The notes below the pieces were generated by a model, which did not search any database, was not told where the DNA came from, and saw nothing but the letters and a program-made list of their open reading frames with translations. From the NCBI RefSeq assembly GCF_036971445.1, contig NC_091473.1:103788001-103852000 (forward strand): DNA of 64,000 nucleotides, written 5' to 3'. Origin of the DNA: Narcine bancroftii. Lineage: Eukaryota. Numbering within the stretch: position 1 is the stretch's first letter; every line of letters starts with the position of its first letter. A program made the position numbers and the translations under genes. Shown here piece by piece: positions 63,215 to 64,000 of this stretch.

Positions 63215-64000
63215 TTCTTTTTTTTAAGCTTTATTTAAGATTTTATAACATGAATAACATATAGGATTACATTAAAAAAAATTAAGAATAAAATAATAAA
63301 ATTACAATACAATATCAGTAATCTAAATAAACTATACCCTCCTCAATAATTATTACACATTAATAACCCAACTCAAATGAGTCCAACCCCACCTTCCCCC
63401 CAAAATAAAGACTGAAGAATTAATAAAGTTAATAATATATGTGAGAAAAAAAACCCACTTACAAAAAAAACAAAAACATAACCGATTAAAATACTAACAA
63501 AAAGAAATTAATACTAAGATATCAGACTTAAAAAACATATTTAAATCAAACTTAAATGCATATATTTAACAGAGTTAAGATGAAACATATATTTAACTCT
63601 TACCACTCCTTTCACCTTAAAGTTAAAGAAAAAATATAAAAAAAACTTATCCATCCCATTCACATTTAAATTTCAGATATTCCTTATCTACTGAATAAAC
63701 TTTACAAAAAAAACCACATCAATTTTTAGTTTTTTAAACAATCAAATACTTTCTTATGCTTTTTTTTAATATTTAAACAAAAAAAACCCCTTCACTCTTT
63801 AATCTAATAATACAAAAAAAAGGAAAAAAAAGGGTAGGAGGTTAAAAATACCCCCTCCCATCTAAACCACGCAATGCGGTAACTCCCAAAAAAAAATGGG
63901 TGTGAGATAACTCACACGTAGCAGATGACTTTCAGGAAATAGTGCCTATCCAGTTCTCTCCCCCAACTCTCACTTCATCTTAAACTAACATCATCATTAT
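63215..64000 (-). mobile_element. L1-related element 3' portion without ORF2; continues past the window end
   Basis: T-rich run at ~63215 followed by a low-complexity UTR, and an L1 inter-ORF-like motif at 63860-63945 with no ORF2 between motif and tail. Confidence 0.55.

Noticed and set aside
1-64000. CRISPR arrays, operons or other prokaryotic systems
   Set aside because: None seen. The sequence is eukaryotic and its repeats are dispersed transposons and microsatellites.

Overview
Repeat-dense vertebrate nuclear DNA. The CR1, RTE, L1/Tx1, Rex-Babar, Penelope, Gypsy and SINE mix points to a cartilaginous fish, which is an inference. The window looks mostly intronic. Two candidate coding exons of an unidentified minus-strand host gene (44654-44932 and 11-178, both phase 2-2) sit among nested transposons, and nearly all ORFs in the supplied track are transposon fragments or chance frames. 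Main observations: (1) a multi-hairpin RNA motif with compensatory changes shared by the inter-ORF region of three divergent L1 elements; (2) two independent RTE insertions with TSD-bounded 5' inversions, the twin-priming geometry best known from mammalian L1; (3) a Gypsy element with no tRNA PBS but a 13-nt segment complementary to its own LTR, possibly self-priming; (4) L1 derivatives lacking most of ORF2; (5) an RTE-L1-RTE composite inside one TSD; (6) a 5S rRNA-headed SINE. Coordinates were read by eye, and the edges of old elements are approximate.
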